Shown here piece after piece: positions 61,657 through 64,000 of a stretch of DNA of 64,000 nt. A model generated the notes under the pieces. It saw only the letters and a program-made list of their open reading frames with translations, did not search any database and was not told where the DNA came from. Position numbers and translations under genes: made by a program. The stretch lies in the NCBI GenBank assembly GCA_964518905.1, contig CAZFJL010000016.1, forward strand, positions 2,829 to 66,828, written 5' to 3'. The number at the start of each line of letters is the position of its first letter. Position 1 is the stretch's first letter. Origin of the DNA: an uncultured Geitlerinema sp. (GTDB taxonomy: Bacteria; Cyanobacteriota; Cyanobacteriia; Cyanobacteriales; Geitlerinemataceae).

Positions 61657-62241
61657 TTAATAACAGGTGTGGCCGTCGCGTTTTTGATCGTAACTTTTGC
61701 CCTGCCGTAGCGTTCCCAGCAGCGTCGAGGCGATCGTGCAGCGTTGCAGCGTCGGGGCATTGTCCGAAGTTACCGTCACCCGACCGAGCTGTCCGTTAAT
61801 CCGACCGCGCTCATTAAACTCCACGTAATAACGCCCGCTTCGGCTTGCAAAGGTCGTACCGTTCTCGATCGTCACCGGTGCTTGTACCCCCTCCCACACT
61901 TGCGGTTCTGCGTCCCTGCGATGAACCGACCACTCGATGCGATCGCCCATTTCGCGCATACTTGCCCGCCAATTAGATTTCGTCCGTAGCGATCGATTTT
62001 GCGCCTCTCGCATCGCCAGATGGAGGCGTTCATTCACCGTATTCACCGTCTGCCGATCGCGGAAAAGCTGCCATCCCGGCGCAGCGATCGCCGACAAAAT
62101 CCCCACCATAACCACCACGATCGCCAGTTCAATGATCGTGAATCCAGCAATAGATTTTCGTACTTTTAGGTTTGTTTGATTGTTTGTTTGATTATGGCGC
62201 TGGTAGATTAATAGCGATCGAAAAAAAGCGATACGTGACAT
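61657..62241 (-). CDS. Type IV pilin-like protein (GspH/FimT-type) with a prepilin N-terminal methylation motif
   Basis: 'AG|FTIIELAIVVVMVGILSAIAAPGW' is the prepilin cleavage and methylation context. It is preceded by an unusually long ~33-aa leader that contains a 12-bp tandem (NQTNNQTN) at 62170-62193. Confidence 0.75.
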   Translation of the reverse strand: MSRIAFFRSLLIYQRHNQTNNQTNLKVRKSIAGFTIIELAIVVVMVGILSAIAAPGWQLFRDRQTVNTVNERLHLAMREAQNRSLRTKSNWRASMREMGDRIEWSVHRRDAEPQVWEGVQAPVTIENGTTFASRSGRYYVEFNERGRINGQLGRVTVTSDNAPTLQRCTIASTLLGTLRQGKSYDQKRDGHTCY

Positions 62242-62299
62242 CGAGACACCCTGACTTTAAGCGAGTAAAATCTCTAAACCAACCAAAAGATTGAAGTTG

Positions 62300-62455
62300 A
62301 TTTTCAGGGAGCATCCCGTTTGTGCAGCTTGCCCCTCATCCCCCAGCCCCTTCTCCCAAAAAAGGGAGAAGGGGAGACCGATTCAAAGTCCCTCTCCCGA
62401 CTTGGGAGAGGGATTTAGGGTGAGGGTGACACAAATGGGATGCTCCCGATTTTCA
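62300..62455. repeat. Long composite palindrome, dispersed repeat family C, with extra outer arms
   Basis: The outer arms are 'gggagcatcccgtttgtg' and 'cacaaatgggatgctccc'. The inner arms are 'gcccctcatcccccagccccttctccc' and 'gggagagggatttagggtgagggtg'. Confidence 0.8.
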
Positions 62456-62708
62456 CTAGAGAAAACGCTTGTAGGTTAGCAATATTTCTTAGCTAAAATC
62501 GACAGAGAAAATACGGAAAAAAGTAAGCAAGATTTAAGCTTCTGAATTCTGTTTTTTGGACTAATCTGCGAATCAAACAGAAGTATCTGATCGTACTAAT
62601 ATCGCAGAGGCATTGTCCTGTAACGCGATAGATTATGATTAGGCGGTTTCGTTACAAACGCAGCGAAGCCGCATGAAAAACTGATCCAATTCTGATCATG
62701 CCGTCTCA

Positions 62709-62882
62709 TGACCATTCTGGGGGGTGGGTCTCAGAGGGCTTCTGAAAAGGTATAAATACTCACCCATATTTGCGGTTTCGCAGGATTGATAGCCTATATG
62801 TGTATGATTACAACCTCGGATCGCTCAAAAACGATAAGTAATTATGCTTATTCAGAAGCCCCCCCAAGCCCCGGACTTTTAG
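62709..62882. repeat. Dispersed repeat family F copy interrupted by a 133-bp MITE-like insertion (62734-62866)
   Basis: The flanks 'tgaccattctggggggtgggtctca' and 'agccccggacttttag' are contiguous at 38600-38640. The insert has 11-bp terminal inverted repeats GGGCTTCTGAA / TTCAGAAGCCC. Confidence 0.8.
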
Positions 62883-63157
62883 TCCGCATCTTGCCTCTGT
62901 TTTATTAGAATATACCAAGTCGCCGGGGGATACTCGGAGACTTAAAACGAACGTAGAGGGCGCATAAGACTAGCTTGCTAGCAATGCCCGTCGAAGCGTT
63001 AAGCCACAAAGTAGAGCAGCAGCCTAGCCTGTTCGCCTAGCTTTAGAATCCTCGGACTTTAAGTCCGGGGAGCATGTCAAGCTCTGATCCTGCGGTCGAT
63101 ACACTGATAGCCGCTGTTGTCATCCTCGCTCTCGCCCGCTTTTGGGGTGTTTTTTCT

Positions 63158-63787
63158 ATGACCCATGCCACCGATCTCGACACCCTCGCTCGTTGGATGG
63201 CGTCGGATTTCACCAATCAGCAACAAGCCTTCGACAACCCGCCGATCTTTGCTCACGTTCGCGCCTGTATGCGTCCGCTGCCCGCTGGCATCCTCGACGG
63301 GATCACGCTCTATCTCGAACAGGCGTATCAATACAATCTCGATCGCCCCTATCGCACCCGTGTGCTCAACCTCAAGCTGTCCGAGATTGAGGGACAACAG
63401 CAAATCGTGATCGAGAACTATGCCGTTAGTGATCAAGAAGGATTCTTTGGGGCATCGCGCGATCGTGCACGGCTTGCATCGTTAACAACGGCGCATCTGA
63501 CGAAACTGCCCTGCTGCGATTTTCGGGTGACCTGGACGGGTGATTGTTTTGAAGGAACGGTCGAGCCGGGGAATGCGTGCATGGTCGAACGCAATGGCAA
63601 GATGACGTATTTACAAAGTACGTTTCAGGTCTATCCCGATCGGTTTACGAGCCTAGATCGGGGCTACGATCCCGAGACACAAGAGCGGGTGTGGGGGTCG
63701 ATCGCGGGGCCGTTTGAGTTTGTGCGGGTGTCGAGTTTTGCGGAGGAATTGAATACCGCGATCGAGACTTCCGAGGGCGATTCATAA
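63158..63787 (+). CDS. cpcT: Phycobiliprotein chromophore lyase, CpcT/CpeT family
   Basis: It has 'LARWMASDFTNQQQAFDNPPIFAHVRACMRPLP', 'LYLEQAYQYNLDRPYRTRVLNL' and 'RFTSLDRGYDPETQERVWGS'. I chose the ATG at 63158. Confidence 0.9.
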   Translation: MTHATDLDTLARWMASDFTNQQQAFDNPPIFAHVRACMRPLPAGILDGITLYLEQAYQYNLDRPYRTRVLNLKLSEIEGQQQIVIENYAVSDQEGFFGASRDRARLASLTTAHLTKLPCCDFRVTWTGDCFEGTVEPGNACMVERNGKMTYLQSTFQVYPDRFTSLDRGYDPETQERVWGSIAGPFEFVRVSSFAEELNTAIETSEGDS

Positions 63788-63811
63788 ATATTTTGAGCTG
63801 GTTTAAACAAG

Positions 63812-64000
63812 TTAAAAGCGGAGCTGACGGGCAATTTCGCGTGTAACTTCCGCTGCGCCATAACGATTGAGATGGCTCGGATCTTCAAAGTAGCGATCGG
63901 GCAATGTCGCTTCGATATCCATAACGGTGACGTGACGATATTGCTGGGCTAGTTGCGCGAAAAATTGACGAAACTCGCGTTCGGCAGCCATCCGGGTTGG
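63812..64000 (-). CDS. C-terminal fragment of a gene that continues beyond the window (tentatively a DltD/DUF1574-type SGNH-like protein)
   Basis: The frame is open from the window edge to TAA (63812-63814). It ends '…YFEDPSHLNRYGAAEVTREIARQLRF', and the 'F.D..HLN..GA' tail is reminiscent of that family. This ORF is not in the supplied track, probably because it is under 60 aa from its internal Met. Confidence 0.4.
   Translation of the reverse strand, partial: PTRMAAEREFRQFFAQLAQQYRHVTVMDIEATLPDRYFEDPSHLNRYGAAEVTREIARQLRF

Noticed and set aside
62886-63073. A possible structured RNA (tmRNA, sRNA or leader) upstream of cpcT.
   Set aside because: I could find no tRNA-like end, tag reading frame or other diagnostic conserved motif by eye. 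The segment contains a family-F-like GGACTTTAAGTCC palindrome and is more simply read as a repeat-bearing 5' region. A covariance-model scan would be needed to revisit this.

Overview
This 64-kb window is a chromosomal segment of a cyanobacterium. The HIP1 octamer GCGATCGC recurs throughout, and psbO, ndhM, cpcT, ccmO, ccaA, shc, glgA, tkt, pgm, trxA, rpoZ and rplI are all recognisable. About 55 protein genes lie on both strands; most are core metabolism, photosynthesis or signalling genes. I found no rRNA, tRNA or CRISPR array by eye. Accessory or unusual content is as follows. (1) A single 727-codon ORF fuses a complete ProX-type betaine-binding domain to a GluR0-like ligand-gated K+ channel (S1, pore with TVGYGD, S2); this is the most interesting item. 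(2) An intact IS630-family element with TA duplication, imperfect terminal inverted repeats and an A8 -1 frameshift site lies 78 bp upstream of that channel gene and is inserted into a dispersed repeat. (3) There are two glycan/sulfation-type clusters: methyltransferase, sulfotransferase, GT4 and TPR-GT41; and TPR-sulfotransferase, ABC exporter and HAD. (4) A translationally coupled GtrB-like GT2 and TVP38/DedA pair follows an O-methyltransferase gene. (5) A small module of uncharacterised genes lies next to a PAS/GAF/GGDEF gene. (6) Two conspicuously AT-rich non-coding stretches are present, one of them about 1 kb. (7) At least six families of short palindromic, MITE-like dispersed repeats are present, including one nested insertion. 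Start codons were chosen by eye and several are uncertain. Family assignments rest on motifs I can read in the translations, not on database searches.
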